Source: an uncultured Pseudomonadota bacterium (GTDB lineage: Bacteria; Myxococcota_A; Polyangia; Fen-1088). Taken from it: a DNA stretch of 64,000 nt. Under the pieces are notes generated by a model. The model was not told the DNA's origin and searched no databases. It worked only from the letters and a program-made list of their open reading frames with translations. The DNA lies in assembly GCA_963725905.1 (NCBI GenBank), contig CAVSAG010000002.1, forward strand, positions 804,962-868,961, given 5' to 3'. A program made the position numbers and the translations under genes. Of the stretch, positions 1 to 8,955 are shown in pieces (position 1 is the stretch's first letter; every line of letters starts with the position of its first letter).

Positions 1-148
1 CCGGCTCGCGCCCGAGCCGCGCGACGAACGCGCGCGAGCTGGGGGCGAACGCCGCCGCCAGCAGGCGCAGCCGCTCGGCGGCCAGATCGCCGTCGCCGAA
101 GGTGTAGGTTTGAACCGGGGGAACAGGGACGAGTTGGGGTTGGGACAT
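1..148 (-). CDS. hypothetical protein, N-terminal 49 codons only (gene continues beyond window start)
   Basis: Minus-strand ATG at 146-148 gives MSQPQLVPVPPVQTYTFGDGDLAAERLRLLAAAF...; mostly GC3 codons; no stop before the window edge. Confidence 0.35.
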   Translation of the reverse strand, partial: MSQPQLVPVPPVQTYTFGDGDLAAERLRLLAAAFAPSSRAFVARLGREP

Positions 149-190
149 CGGCGGCTCGGCTCGCCACGGCGTTCCCCCAATCGATCCGCG

Positions 191-230
191 TTGCCCAAAA
201 CGCGAAGAGGCGACCACCGCGGGTCGCCTC
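191..230 (-). terminator. putative rho-independent terminator (GC hairpin GAGGCGACC/GGTCGCCTC followed on the minus strand by TTTTGGG)
   Basis: 9-bp perfect stem, 6-nt loop and a T-run on the minus strand, downstream of the minus-strand lipoprotein gene. Confidence 0.3.
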
Positions 231-468
231 TCCTCTCTATCCACGTTGCGTTCTAAGTGGCGGGCGCCCGGCGTTCGTTCGCGCGCCACCACCAGCGGGT
301 AGCGCGTCCCCCAAAGGGATAATACGAACGAGACGCGGCGGGCTTCATCGGACCTATATCCATTGTGCCCACCGTCCGCCGGGCCGTCAACGCCCCTCCG
401 CCCCGGCCGGGGAACCTGGTCCCCGGCCGAACGCGGTCGCGCCGTTACTGCTGGCGCTGCTTCGGGCG

Positions 469-1419
469 CTACTTCTTTTTGCGGCCGCCACCCATGGCGG
501 GCGCCGGGGCGCGAGCCGCAGGCGGCGCGGCATGCATCGCCGGGGCAGGGTGAGGCGCTGCCGCCGGAGCCGGTCCGCCGTGGGGCGGGGGCGGTCCGCC
601 CGCGCCGTGCGCTTCGGGCCCGCCAGCCGGGTGCATTCCACCCGGTCCGCCGTGGGCCTCGGGTCCGCCCGCGGGGTGCATGCCGCCAGCCGGTCCGCCC
701 GGGTGCCCCATCTCGCGGTGCTCGGCTTCCCGGTTCTGCATCTCCCGGTGCTCGCCTTCCCGGTGCTCCATCTCCCGGTGCTCCTCGCGGCGCTCGGCCT
801 GACGGCGCGGCGCTTCACCACGCCAGCCACCCGCCGGCGCGCCGGGCGCCCGCCGCCATCCGGCGTTGTGCTCCGGGGCGCCCCGCCAGGCGCGCGGCTC
901 ATACTGAGGACGCGCGCGCCAGCCGATGGGACCGCGGTCGCCGTAGTAGGCGTAGTCGCGCGCGCCGCCTGGCCCCATCCAGTAGCCACGGTAGAAGACC
1001 ATCTGGTCGCCTTCCCAGATGAAGCGCGGACCGTAGTAGGCGAAGCCGGCACGGTTCGGCGTCCAGTAGCCGCTCTGCCAGTTCCAGTCGTAGCCGGTCC
1101 AGTCCCAGTACCCGGCGACCCAGGTGTAGCCGTAGCCGGGCGACGGCGGAACGAACTCGGGGACCGGATCCGGAATCGGCGAGGTCGGGTAGGCGGAGGC
1201 CTCCAACATCACCGGCTGCGGGGGCGGGGGCGCCTGCTCGACGTACACCGGCTGCGGGGGCGGCGGCGGCGCCGGCTCGACGTAGACGGGCGCGGGCGCG
1301 GGCGCGACGTAGACGGGCGCGGGAGGCCCGATGTAGATCGGTGCCGGACGCACCCAGCAGCCCGCGACGGGGGCCAACACCAACACCAGCGAACCAGGCA
1401 ACCAGGGGCGCAGCTTCAT
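469..1419 (-). CDS. proline-rich lipoprotein with Tyr/Trp-rich core and C-terminal His/Glu-rich (EHREM) repeats
   Basis: MKLRPWLPGSLVLVLAPVAGC signal peptide plus lipobox. GGGAG RBS upstream of the ATG at 1417-1419. Repeats EHREMEHREGEHREMQNREAEHREMGH. The upstream part of the 469..1731 track ORF is out-of-frame filler. Confidence 0.7.
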   Translation of the reverse strand: MKLRPWLPGSLVLVLAPVAGCWVRPAPIYIGPPAPVYVAPAPAPVYVEPAPPPPPQPVYVEQAPPPPQPVMLEASAYPTSPIPDPVPEFVPPSPGYGYTWVAGYWDWTGYDWNWQSGYWTPNRAGFAYYGPRFIWEGDQMVFYRGYWMGPGGARDYAYYGDRGPIGWRARPQYEPRAWRGAPEHNAGWRRAPGAPAGGWRGEAPRRQAERREEHREMEHREGEHREMQNREAEHREMGHPGGPAGGMHPAGGPEAHGGPGGMHPAGGPEAHGAGGPPPPHGGPAPAAAPHPAPAMHAAPPAARAPAPAMGGGRKKK

Positions 1420-1495
1420 GGGGGCACTCTCCCTCGACTTAGCGAGTCGTGGGACGCTAACACGGGCCTCGCGCCAGGTTCTATGAAAAAGGAGA

Positions 1496-1744
1496 ATGGC
1501 GAAAGTTGTTACCGGCGAGATCTGCGGCATTTTCCGCCGAATATCGGAGAATGGGGGCGAGGGTGCCGGCCGTTCAGGCGAGCAGAACTGTGAGGTGAAG
1601 CCGCGAAGAAGGAGACGTTCCGATATCGAATCTTGGTGGAATGGAGTGACGAGGATCTGGCGTTCATCGCCCGCGTCCCGGCGCTCCCCGGCTGCCTCGC
1701 GCACGGACCGACCGCGGAGAAGGCAACCCACGAGGCGGAGGTAG
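1496..1744 (+). pseudogene. possible degraded hicA-like toxin remnant upstream of and overlapping hicB
   Basis: N-terminus MAKVVTGEICGIFRRISENGGE resembles the HicA N-terminal motif (E-F-R-R-W-L-E-S-Q-G) but the conserved catalytic His region is absent. Strong AAGGAG-like RBS. Position is typical for hicA. Confidence 0.2.
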
Positions 1745-1827
1745 CAGCCGAGATGCTGCTCGAGGTGATGAAAGAAGACGGCCAGGCGCCGCCCCCGTTT
1801 GTCGCCGTCGCGGAGGCGGTCGCGTGA
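1633..1827 (+). CDS. hicB: HicB-family antitoxin (UPF0150)
   Basis: VEWSDEDLAFIARVPALPGCLAHGPTAEKATHEAEVAAEMLLEVMKEDGQAPP matches the HicB N-terminal domain consensus. TTG/GTG start preceded by a GAAGGAG RBS. Confidence 0.7.
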   Translation: MVEWSDEDLAFIARVPALPGCLAHGPTAEKATHEAEVAAEMLLEVMKEDGQAPPPFVAVAEAVA

Positions 1828-1845
1828 GTCTGCTGCCCGCGGCGA

Positions 1846-2466
1846 TCACCACCACGGCCCGCGCGTGAGCGCGCTCGCTTCGAGGCTGACGCGACGCTCG
1901 AGCGCGGGAAGAAAGCTGCGCAGGGCGGAGGCGTCGGCGGGCGCGAGGGCGAGGCGCGGGCGGCTGGCCAGCGCGCCGACGAGGCGCGCGGCGACGAAGT
2001 CGAGATCGCGGTACCCGTCGGGTATCGCGCCCGTCCGGAGCCGCACCACCATCGTCCGCCAGCGCTCGCGTGAGGCCGGGTCCCCGAAGGCGAACGGCGC
2101 GCGCCCACCCTCCGCGTCCACGAGGCTGCGGGCGTAGGCGGCGCGAGCCGGCGCATCGCCAGCGAGGAGGCCGTCGAGCAGCAGCTCGATGCCGACGTGA
2201 GCCGCGCCGCGGGCTGGTCCGCGCGGAAGCCCCGCCTCGCCGAGCGCCGCCGCCGCCCAGATTGCGAGCCCGGTGAACGCCAGGCTGCCGTGGAACCAAG
2301 CATCCACCTCGAAGTGGTGCGCCTGCCCGGCCGCGACCTTCACCGAGGCCGGCGCGCCGGCGACCGCGCCGCACATCTTCAACAGATCGGGCGCCATCGC
2401 CCCGAGCAGGAAAGCCGGGTCGTCATCGACCCGTCGCGCGACGGCGGCGTGCCCGAAGAAGTTCAC
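1846..2466 (-). CDS. hypothetical protein (N-terminus MNFFGHAAVA resembles the DUF479/ACP-phosphodiesterase-like family)
   Basis: 206-aa ORF with GC3 codon bias. Weak similarity to the AcpH-like N-terminus MNFLAHL. Confidence 0.45.
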   Translation of the reverse strand: MNFFGHAAVARRVDDDPAFLLGAMAPDLLKMCGAVAGAPASVKVAAGQAHHFEVDAWFHGSLAFTGLAIWAAAALGEAGLPRGPARGAAHVGIELLLDGLLAGDAPARAAYARSLVDAEGGRAPFAFGDPASRERWRTMVVRLRTGAIPDGYRDLDFVAARLVGALASRPRLALAPADASALRSFLPALERRVSLEASALTRGPWW

Positions 2467-2506
2467 GAGACAAGCTTACGATCGCCGCGGCGGAATCGGC
2501 AGCCTG

Positions 2507-2535
2507 TTGCCCCCCAGGGGGCGTCGAAGTAAGTA
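2507..2535 (+). promoter_or_regulatory. candidate sigma70-type promoter for tRNA-Leu (TTGCCC - 17 bp - TAAGTA)
   Basis: -35/-10-like hexamers with a 17-bp spacer ending 14 nt before the mature tRNA 5' end; the spacer contains the palindrome CCCCCAGGGGG. Confidence 0.3.
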
Positions 2536-2549
2536 TTTGAAAACCCCTC

Positions 2550-2631
2550 GCGAGGATGGCGGAACTGGTAGACGCGCCAGACTTAGGATCTGGTTCCGAA
2601 AGGAGTGGAGGTTCAAGTCCTCTTCCTCGCA
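2550..2631 (+). tRNA. tRNA-Leu (anticodon TAG)
   Basis: Cloverleaf with 7-bp acceptor stem GCGAGGA/TCCTCGC, anticodon stem CCAGA/TCTGG, loop CTTAGGA, long variable arm and T-loop GGTTCAAGTCC; no encoded CCA. Confidence 0.9.
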
Positions 2632-2726
2632 ACTGACTTCGTCCGGCGAGCTTGCGCGATTCGCGACTAGGGATCGCCCTAGCCGAACAGCTTTCGAAGG
2701 TTCGCAACGGACCGAACGCCGCGTGC

Positions 2727-2817
2727 CCACAACGCCGGTGTTCGCCGCGTACACGAGGAGATCGCGAAGCGGGGCAGGGTAGAGCACGCAGGCGTCGTAG
2801 AGGACGACGAACGCCAT
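2727..2817 (-). pseudogene. truncated PIN_3-family toxin N-terminus (only about 30 intact codons)
   Basis: MAFVVLYDACVLYPAPLRDLLVYAANTGV matches the conserved PIN_3 start (VLDANVLYPAxLRDLLL), then the frame degenerates. Start lies 4 nt after the antitoxin stop in classic toxin-antitoxin spacing. Confidence 0.4.
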
Positions 2818-2821
2818 CGCG

Positions 2822-3127
2822 CTAATACCCGAGGCCGTGCTTCTCTGCTTCGGCGGTGAGCTCGTCGAGCACCTTCTTGCGCTCGGCTTCGTCGCGCTGC
2901 TGGTAGGCGATCAGATCGGCCGCCTTCACGCGGCGGTGCGCGCCGACCATACGGAAGGGAATCTTTCCCTCGTCGAGAAGACCGATCAGGAACGGCCGGG
3001 ACACGTTCAGAAGATCGGCGGCCTGCTGAGTCGTCAGCTCGGCGTGCACGGGGACGATCGTGACCGCGTTTCCGTTGGCCATTTGGCCGAGGATCTCGAG
3101 GAACAGCTCGAAGGCCTCGCGGGGCAC
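2822..3127 (-). CDS. HTH_17 (excisionase-family) DNA-binding protein; antitoxin partner of the PIN_3 toxin
   Basis: TTQQAADLLNVSRPFLIGLLDEGKIPFRMVGAHRRVKAADLIAY is a typical MerR/excisionase-type HTH_17 domain. Confidence 0.65.
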   Translation of the reverse strand: MPREAFELFLEILGQMANGNAVTIVPVHAELTTQQAADLLNVSRPFLIGLLDEGKIPFRMVGAHRRVKAADLIAYQQRDEAERKKVLDELTAEAEKHGLGY

Positions 3128-3149
3128 GGTGGCGGAAATCGGACGGGCT

Positions 3150-5612
3150 TCACCGTCGGAGCAAACCTGAACCGTTCGAGATGATGCCCTCCGCCGAGAA
3201 GACGCCCGAGCTCGATTGCCCCCGTCGACGGCGACGGAGCAAGGCGGCGGCCAAGAGAACCGCGAGGGGCGTGAACGCAGGGTGGGATGCCGCCTGGGTG
3301 CCGAGATCGCAGGAGCATCCTGACGAGCCGGTATTCGGGCCTGCGCCTCCGTGGCCGCCCGCGCCCGCGCTGCCGCTCGTTCCAGCGTGGCCCGCCGTTC
3401 CCGCGTTGCCGGTCATTCCCGCGCTGCCGCCCGCGCCGCCTGCCCCAGTGTTGCCGTCCGTTCCGGCGTGACCGCCGGCCCCAGCGTTGCCGTCCGCTCC
3501 GGCGTTACCGCCGGCCCCAGCATTGCCGCCTGTTCCAGCGCGGCCGCTCGCGCCGGCGATGCCGCTCGTCCCGGCGCTTCCGTCCGCGCCGCCGCTGCCG
3601 CTCGTTCCCGCGCCGCCGCCCGCGCCCGCGTGGCCGGCCACCCCGGCGTGGCCGCCCGTCCCGGTGTTACCGCCCGCCCCGGCGTTACCGCCCGCCCCGG
3701 CGTGGCCGCCCGCGCCGGCGTTACCTCCCACGCCCGAGCCCGCGCTTCCGCTCGCGCCGCCGCTGCCGCCCGCGCCACCGTCGGTGGCGACGTTGGTGAG
3801 CGTCAGGATCCAGGTCTCGACGCCGTTGAACATGACGGCGCCGTCGCCCAGGGTCGTCATCACGGGGATCCCGGCTTGAGGGCTGCCGAAAGCGGGGGGC
3901 GTGATGTCGGTCCACTGCACGCCATCCCAGGTCCAGGTGTCCCGCTGTGGAATGCCGTTCTTGTTTTCCCCTCCGAACAGAGCGAGCACGCCGCCCAGGG
4001 ACACCATCGCGGCTTCACTGCGGCCGGACGGGGCCGTGTAGGCCGGCGCCAGCCCCATGAGCTGTGTCCAGGCCGCGCCATCCCAGCTCCACAGCTCGGA
4101 CCTGCCTTGTCCACCGAACATCGCGACGTGATCGCCGCTGGTGGCCACGGCCGCCCCCCAATCCGAGAAGGGGGGATTGGCCGGCGTCACCTGCGTCCAG
4201 GTCGTCCCGTCCCAAGTCCAGGTGTCTCCGACGCTCGCGACAGTCGACGTCAGGCCGCCGAACAGCACCGCCTGACTCCCCAGCGTTCCGAGGGCTGGAT
4301 TCGAGCGCGCGCCCGGGCTGGCGGCGGGCACGAGCTGGGTCCAGGTCGTCCCGTCCCAGCGCCAGGTGTCGGCGAGATACGCGCTCGGCACGTTCGGCGT
4401 CAGGCCACCGAACAGCAGCCCCTGGCCGCCGATGGCGGTCAGCCCGAAACCGCCGCGCGCGGGTGGGCTCCTGGTCGGCAGAAGGCGCGTCCAGGCGGCG
4501 CCGTCGAATTGCCAGGTCTCGAGCGTCTGATCGGCTCCCTCGTCCGAGGTGGCCAGCAGCGCCCGGCCGCCGAGCGTGATCATCTGGCCGGTGGTGCCGT
4601 CGAAATCGCCGGGCGGCGTGGCCGCAACGGCCCGCTCGCTCCAGGTCGTGCTGTCCCAGGTCCAGGTGTCGCCCAACATGCCGCTGCCAGGGGAGACGCC
4701 GTCGTAGCCGCCGAAGACCACCACCTGCGTGCCGAGCGTCGCCATCATGTGCGCGGCGCGCGGCGGCGGGCTGGTGGCCGGCGTGCGCATCGTCCAGGTG
4801 TTGCCATCCCACTCCCAGCTGTCGGCCGCGTAGGCGTACAGCATCAGAGAGCCGCCGAAGAGCACCAGCTTGTCGGCCAGCGGTTGCATCTGGGCCCAGA
4901 AGCGCCCGGACGGTCCGGTGCTGGTCCGGAACGTCCAGTTGCTGCCGTCCCACTCCCAGGTCTCGGCGAGCCCGTAGTAGTTGGCGCCGGCGCCCCCGAA
5001 CATGACGACCTTGTTTCCGAGAGGAGCCATGGCCGGCGACGTGCGCGCCGCCGGTTGCACGGTCGGGGTGCGCTGGGTCCAGATGGTGCCGTCCCACTCC
5101 CAGGTCTCGGCGAGCGGTGTCCCGTTGGGCTTGTCGCCGCCGAACATGACCAGCTTGTTTCCGAGCGGCGCGATGGCGGCGTCCGACCGGGGCGACGGGC
5201 TGATCACCGGCGTGCGTTGCGTCCAGTTGATGCCGTCCCACTCCCAGGTGTCGTTGTACGGGTTGTTGGTCGCCGGCGTGCCGCCGAACAGGACCAGCTT
5301 GTTTCCAAGCGCCGCCATCATCGCGTGCGAGCGGGGCGGCGGGCTCGTGGCCGGTGTCTGGCGCGTCCAGGTCGCGCCGTCCCAGGTCCAGGTGTCGGCG
5401 TGGACGTCGTTGCCGAGCCCGCCGAAGAGCACGACCTTGTTTCCGAGCGTGGCCATCGCGCCGCCCTGGCGCCGAATCAAGAGCGGCACCTCCTGCCAGG
5501 TCGCGACCGCCAGCGCGCCGCGCGTGGTGCTGGTGCCGGGTGAATCGGCGCGACACCCGGTCACGACCCCCCACCCGACCACCGCGACGCCCACCCAACG
5601 GGTCAATTTCAT
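3150..5612 (-). CDS. Kelch/galactose-oxidase-type beta-propeller repeat lipoprotein with Gly-rich spacer and MYXO-CTERM sorting domain
   Basis: About 12 repeats of (TWxWDGxxWTxxTP...LGNKxVLFGG). Signal peptide MKLTRWVGVAVVGWGVVTGC. C-terminus GCSCD...LAVLLAAALLRRRRR matches the MYXO-CTERM pattern. Large opposite-strand ORFs here are shadows. Confidence 0.8.
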   Translation of the reverse strand: MKLTRWVGVAVVGWGVVTGCRADSPGTSTTRGALAVATWQEVPLLIRRQGGAMATLGNKVVLFGGLGNDVHADTWTWDGATWTRQTPATSPPPRSHAMMAALGNKLVLFGGTPATNNPYNDTWEWDGINWTQRTPVISPSPRSDAAIAPLGNKLVMFGGDKPNGTPLAETWEWDGTIWTQRTPTVQPAARTSPAMAPLGNKVVMFGGAGANYYGLAETWEWDGSNWTFRTSTGPSGRFWAQMQPLADKLVLFGGSLMLYAYAADSWEWDGNTWTMRTPATSPPPRAAHMMATLGTQVVVFGGYDGVSPGSGMLGDTWTWDSTTWSERAVAATPPGDFDGTTGQMITLGGRALLATSDEGADQTLETWQFDGAAWTRLLPTRSPPARGGFGLTAIGGQGLLFGGLTPNVPSAYLADTWRWDGTTWTQLVPAASPGARSNPALGTLGSQAVLFGGLTSTVASVGDTWTWDGTTWTQVTPANPPFSDWGAAVATSGDHVAMFGGQGRSELWSWDGAAWTQLMGLAPAYTAPSGRSEAAMVSLGGVLALFGGENKNGIPQRDTWTWDGVQWTDITPPAFGSPQAGIPVMTTLGDGAVMFNGVETWILTLTNVATDGGAGGSGGASGSAGSGVGGNAGAGGHAGAGGNAGAGGNTGTGGHAGVAGHAGAGGGAGTSGSGGADGSAGTSGIAGASGRAGTGGNAGAGGNAGADGNAGAGGHAGTDGNTGAGGAGGSAGMTGNAGTAGHAGTSGSAGAGGHGGAGPNTGSSGCSCDLGTQAASHPAFTPLAVLLAAALLRRRRRGQSSSGVFSAEGIISNGSGLLRR

Positions 5613-5678
5613 GCGGGCAGTATAGGGCGGAGCCAAAAACTATGTGCCGGCGCTGCTCCAACGCGCAATCGTGGCGGC

Positions 5679-5870
5679 TTGCCGTCGGAGAGGTGGAGAC
5701 CCACAGTCCCAACTGGTGAGGTGACAGATGGCATCCAGGCCGTGTATGCCGAGTGGAGCGCCCGGGGTGCTCAGTTCCTGACGCCGCCCAAGCAGCACCA
5801 GTACGAGATCCGTTGTTACATCCGCGATCCCGATGGTCATCTGATCGAAGTGGGGCAAACCACTGACCCA
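5679..5870 (+). pseudogene. C-terminal fragment of a VOC (glyoxalase/bleomycin-resistance) family protein
   Basis: GIQAVYAEWSARGAQFLTPPKQHQYEIRCYIRDPDGHLIEVGQ matches VOC C-terminal beta-alpha-beta-beta-beta module; no N-terminal half present. Confidence 0.3.
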
Positions 5871-5972
5871 AAGGGCGACTGGCGCCCCGCCACTGGCCGT
5901 CGACTACACCCGGTGGAAAGTCCGAGTGAACGCCGAGTCGAGGCTGGGCCGCAGCTCAACTGCTCGAGTGTC

Positions 5973-6981
5973 TCAGAGGCAGGGGACGTCCAGACATATC
6001 TCGATTTGGCAGTCGGCGCTGCACCGCTCAGACAAGCCGCCATACGAGCCGCCATTGTCGGCGCCAAAGTCGCATTGTTCTCCGTCGTCGGCGTCCACCA
6101 CGCCGTCACCACAGTAACGAGCTCTCTGGCAGCTTCCCGTGCAACCGTCGAGGCCGTAGTGGGAGGGGCTCTGACCAGGGTCACATACTTCCGGAGGGTC
6201 GACGATTCCGTCGCCGCAATGCGCGCCAAAAGTACAGCTCGTCGTGCAACCGCCGTAGGTGGCGCCGTTCGGGCCGGGACAGTTGGCTGGTACCGGCACA
6301 GTTCCGGCGCCGCAATCGCACTGCTCGCCTGAGCCGACGATTCCGTCGCCGCAGACGTTGGAGCTCCCGACGTTGCCGCATTTGGCCGTCACGGCACACG
6401 ATCCGACGCATGGCGCGCCGGCTGTCGGGCAGCTCCATCCAACTTCGGCCAGGCAATCGAACGAGCAGCCGTCACCGTTGTTCGAGTTCCCGTCGTCGCA
6501 CTCTTCTGGCGGTTCGACGACGCCGTCGCCGCATTTGGCCGAGCGGACACATGGTTGATTGGCCGTTGGGCAGGCGTACCCGACCTCGATTTGGCACAGC
6601 GACGTGCAGCCGTCGCCCCCCATCCTGTTTCCGTCGTCGCACGCCTCTCCTGGGTCGGGCGCGCCGTTTCCACAGGAGGTGGCGTCAGACGGGCTTCCCC
6701 CACCTCCCGCATTCCCGCCGCCCGCCCCGGCCATTCCTTTGCCGGCCTGGCCGCTGGCGCCCGCGGCTGCCGCTGCCGGCTTGACCGTTGCCGCCCGCCC
6801 CGACCGCGCCCGGCAGCTGCACGCAGAGGTTCGACGCGCAGGTCAGCCCGGCGTTGCAGGTCGAGTTGCCGAAGCAGGGACCGCCCTCAGCGCCGGCCGC
6901 CTTCCCGCTGCTCCCACCACAGCCCGCAAGCGCCAGGGCAGCCACGAACGACCAACCCAAGCACGCGCGAGGCGCTCGCAT
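5973..6981 (-). CDS. lipoprotein with Myxococcus cysteine-rich repeats (CGDGxxxxxEECDDGNxxxGDGCSxxC); apparent frameshift near 6700-6760
   Basis: N-terminal signal and lipobox (MRAPRACLGWSFVAALALAGCGG) in one frame. At least five tandem Cys-rich repeats follow in another frame. The two segments overlap at a GGN-rich tract. Confidence 0.6.
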
Positions 6982-7365
6982 TTCGCGACGGTATCACGAC
7001 GGTCGACCTCGTGACTCCCGAGACCATGCGTTGACCACCGAACGCTCGCGCGGCGCGATCACCCGGGCGACAGACAGGACCAGCAGCCGGAGGATCCGTC
7101 GTTGCTGAGGCAGGTGTCGCCGACCGCCGTGCACGCTCCCGAGGGGAGACTGAGGCAGGCGCACCCGGTGCAGGCGCCAGACGCCCGGGGCACGCAGGTC
7201 CCGGCCTCGGCGGTACCGCAGGCGAGCTCGCCGATGTAAGAGACATAGCCCGAGCTGCACCCGGAGTTGCGGGAACAAGAGGCGCCGCCGGCCGTTCCGC
7301 CGCCCCCGTTGCCCGCTTTCCCGGTCGCCACCCCGGTGCCCGACGCGGGCAATCGAGCTGGGCGC

Positions 7366-7405
7366 AAAAAAGGTCCCGGCCGCCGCCCCCGCAGCGACCG
7401 GGACC
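7366..7405 (-). terminator. rho-independent terminator downstream of the GH6 gene
   Basis: Minus strand: GGTCCCGG hairpin (8-bp GC stem) followed by TTTTTT, 24 nt after the GH6 stop codon. Confidence 0.45.
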
Positions 7406-7428
7406 CCCGGTGGTTCAATCTGTCGTGA

Positions 7429-8955
7429 CTAGAGCAGCGGCGGCGTCGCGTCCTGGGCGAGCTGCAGCGCCTGCTGCGCGAACCAGAGGCCCGCGACGGG
7501 GTCGACCATGCCCCAGAGCGGATCCCATGTGCCCTGTGCCGCGCTGGTCACGTTCCAGGGGTTGTACTGGGTGTAGTCCCAGGCGCGCGGCGGCTTCGTG
7601 CCTTCGGTGGAGTCGCAGCGGCCGTCGGACTCGCCGGGCGTCTTCACCCAGAGGTAGGCGTCGACCAGCGCGACGCCGGTGTTGGCGGTCGGACGCAGGC
7701 CGAGGCCGGCGCCTGGCGGGTTGCACCAGTTGCCGTTGGTGAGCACGTTGATTGTGTCGGACGACTGGTTGTACGGCGCGGCGGCGAACTGGGACGCGTG
7801 GAGCGGGCCGTTTCCGTTGCGGCTCGTGTCAATGACGAAATGCACGGTGGGAACGGTCGTGCCCAGCATTTGCGAATACCGGAGGTTGATGCCCGAGGTA
7901 TTGAGGGCGGGGTTGTCGGAGGCGTCGCTCCAGACGCCGGTCGCGTCGAGCGCCGTACCCGTCCACTCGCCCACCAGGTCGGCGATCTTCGCGGGGTGCG
8001 GCCCGCCGTTCCAGTACTCGTTCGGGCAGCCCCCGAAGGCGGCGTTCATCCCCGCCGAGACCGAGGGGAAGCCGAGAGTCAGGCAGTCCGAGATCCAGGT
8101 GCCGAACATGGCGAGGTTGGACGAGAACTGGTAGTTGGAGACGTCGAGGTAGAAGCCCTGCGCTCGCTGGATGCCCCCCTTGTAGAGGCGCGCCGAGTCT
8201 TCGCCGACGTTGAGCCAGGCGCTGTGCGTGCCGTCGAGGTAGACCGAGGCGGCCGGGGCGTGCGACTCCAGCGAATCGACCGCGTAGTTGAGCTGCGCGT
8301 ACCGGGGCGCGTCGGTGATGGTCGGATCGGGGATCTGCCCACCCGGGTTGCTCGGGTCCGGCACCAGAAACTGGCAGCTCTGGTCCGGCGAGCCGTCGAT
8401 GTTGAGCGTGTTGGGGATGAGGCCCAGGCTGTCGGGCTCGAGGATGACGACCGCCTGGCGGTTGCCGATCCCGGCCGCGAAGCCGTCGATCCACGCCTCG
8501 TACGAGGCGGTGTCGAGCGCGCCCCCCGCCGAGAGGCCGCCGCAGTCGCGGTTGGGAATGTCGTAGGCGACCAGGACCGGCACCGTGTTGGTGAGCGCCG
8601 CCTGCTGCATCGTCTTCTTCACGGCTGCCTTCACCTCGGCGGGCGTGCCGCTGGTAAACCAGACTGCCTGCGGCGTCGTCTCCATGAGGCCGAGCCGGAG
8701 CGTGTCGAGCAGATCGCCCGTCTTGAACTCGCCGGCGATCTGCTTGACCGCGTCGTTGTCGGGCGTGCGGATCATGAACCTGGTGTTCGCTGCCAGCGTC
8801 CGTGACGGCGGCGCCTTGGCGGCCGGTGCCGAGACCGCCGCGGGCGCGACCGCCCCGGGCGGCGCCGGGGCCGGTTCCTCCGCGCATCCGAACGTCATTG
8901 CCGCGCCACCCAGAACCGCCGACCAGAGCCATGTCGTCTGTCTCGTCTTGCTCAT
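7429..8955 (-). CDS. glycoside hydrolase family 6 (cellobiohydrolase/endoglucanase) lipoprotein
   Basis: GH6 signatures VAYDIPNRDCGG, VVILEPDSLG, YLDGTHSAW, YLWVKTPGESDG. Signal and lipobox MSKTRQTTWLWSAVLGGAAMTFGC. Earlier in-frame start at 9084 is unlikely. Confidence 0.85.
   Translation of the reverse strand: MSKTRQTTWLWSAVLGGAAMTFGCAEEPAPAPPGAVAPAAVSAPAAKAPPSRTLAANTRFMIRTPDNDAVKQIAGEFKTGDLLDTLRLGLMETTPQAVWFTSGTPAEVKAAVKKTMQQAALTNTVPVLVAYDIPNRDCGGLSAGGALDTASYEAWIDGFAAGIGNRQAVVILEPDSLGLIPNTLNIDGSPDQSCQFLVPDPSNPGGQIPDPTITDAPRYAQLNYAVDSLESHAPAASVYLDGTHSAWLNVGEDSARLYKGGIQRAQGFYLDVSNYQFSSNLAMFGTWISDCLTLGFPSVSAGMNAAFGGCPNEYWNGGPHPAKIADLVGEWTGTALDATGVWSDASDNPALNTSGINLRYSQMLGTTVPTVHFVIDTSRNGNGPLHASQFAAAPYNQSSDTINVLTNGNWCNPPGAGLGLRPTANTGVALVDAYLWVKTPGESDGRCDSTEGTKPPRAWDYTQYNPWNVTSAAQGTWDPLWGMVDPVAGLWFAQQALQLAQDATPPLL

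Noticed and set aside
3351-5543. 730-aa plus-strand ORF, the overlapping 618-aa minus-strand ORF 4015..5871, and the Arg/Pro-rich ORFs 3287..3799 and 3487..3879
   Set aside because: Shadow ORFs inside the Kelch/MYXO-CTERM gene. Translations are Arg/Ala/Pro homopolymeric with no motifs. Expected in 70% GC DNA with GGN-rich repeats.
7059-7418. 119-aa Cys-rich minus-strand ORF between the cysteine-repeat lipoprotein and the GH6 terminator
   Set aside because: Its N-terminal third overlaps the GH6 rho-independent terminator and has no signal peptide. Only the C-terminal Cys-rich part looks protein-like. Possibly a fragment, and not confidently callable.
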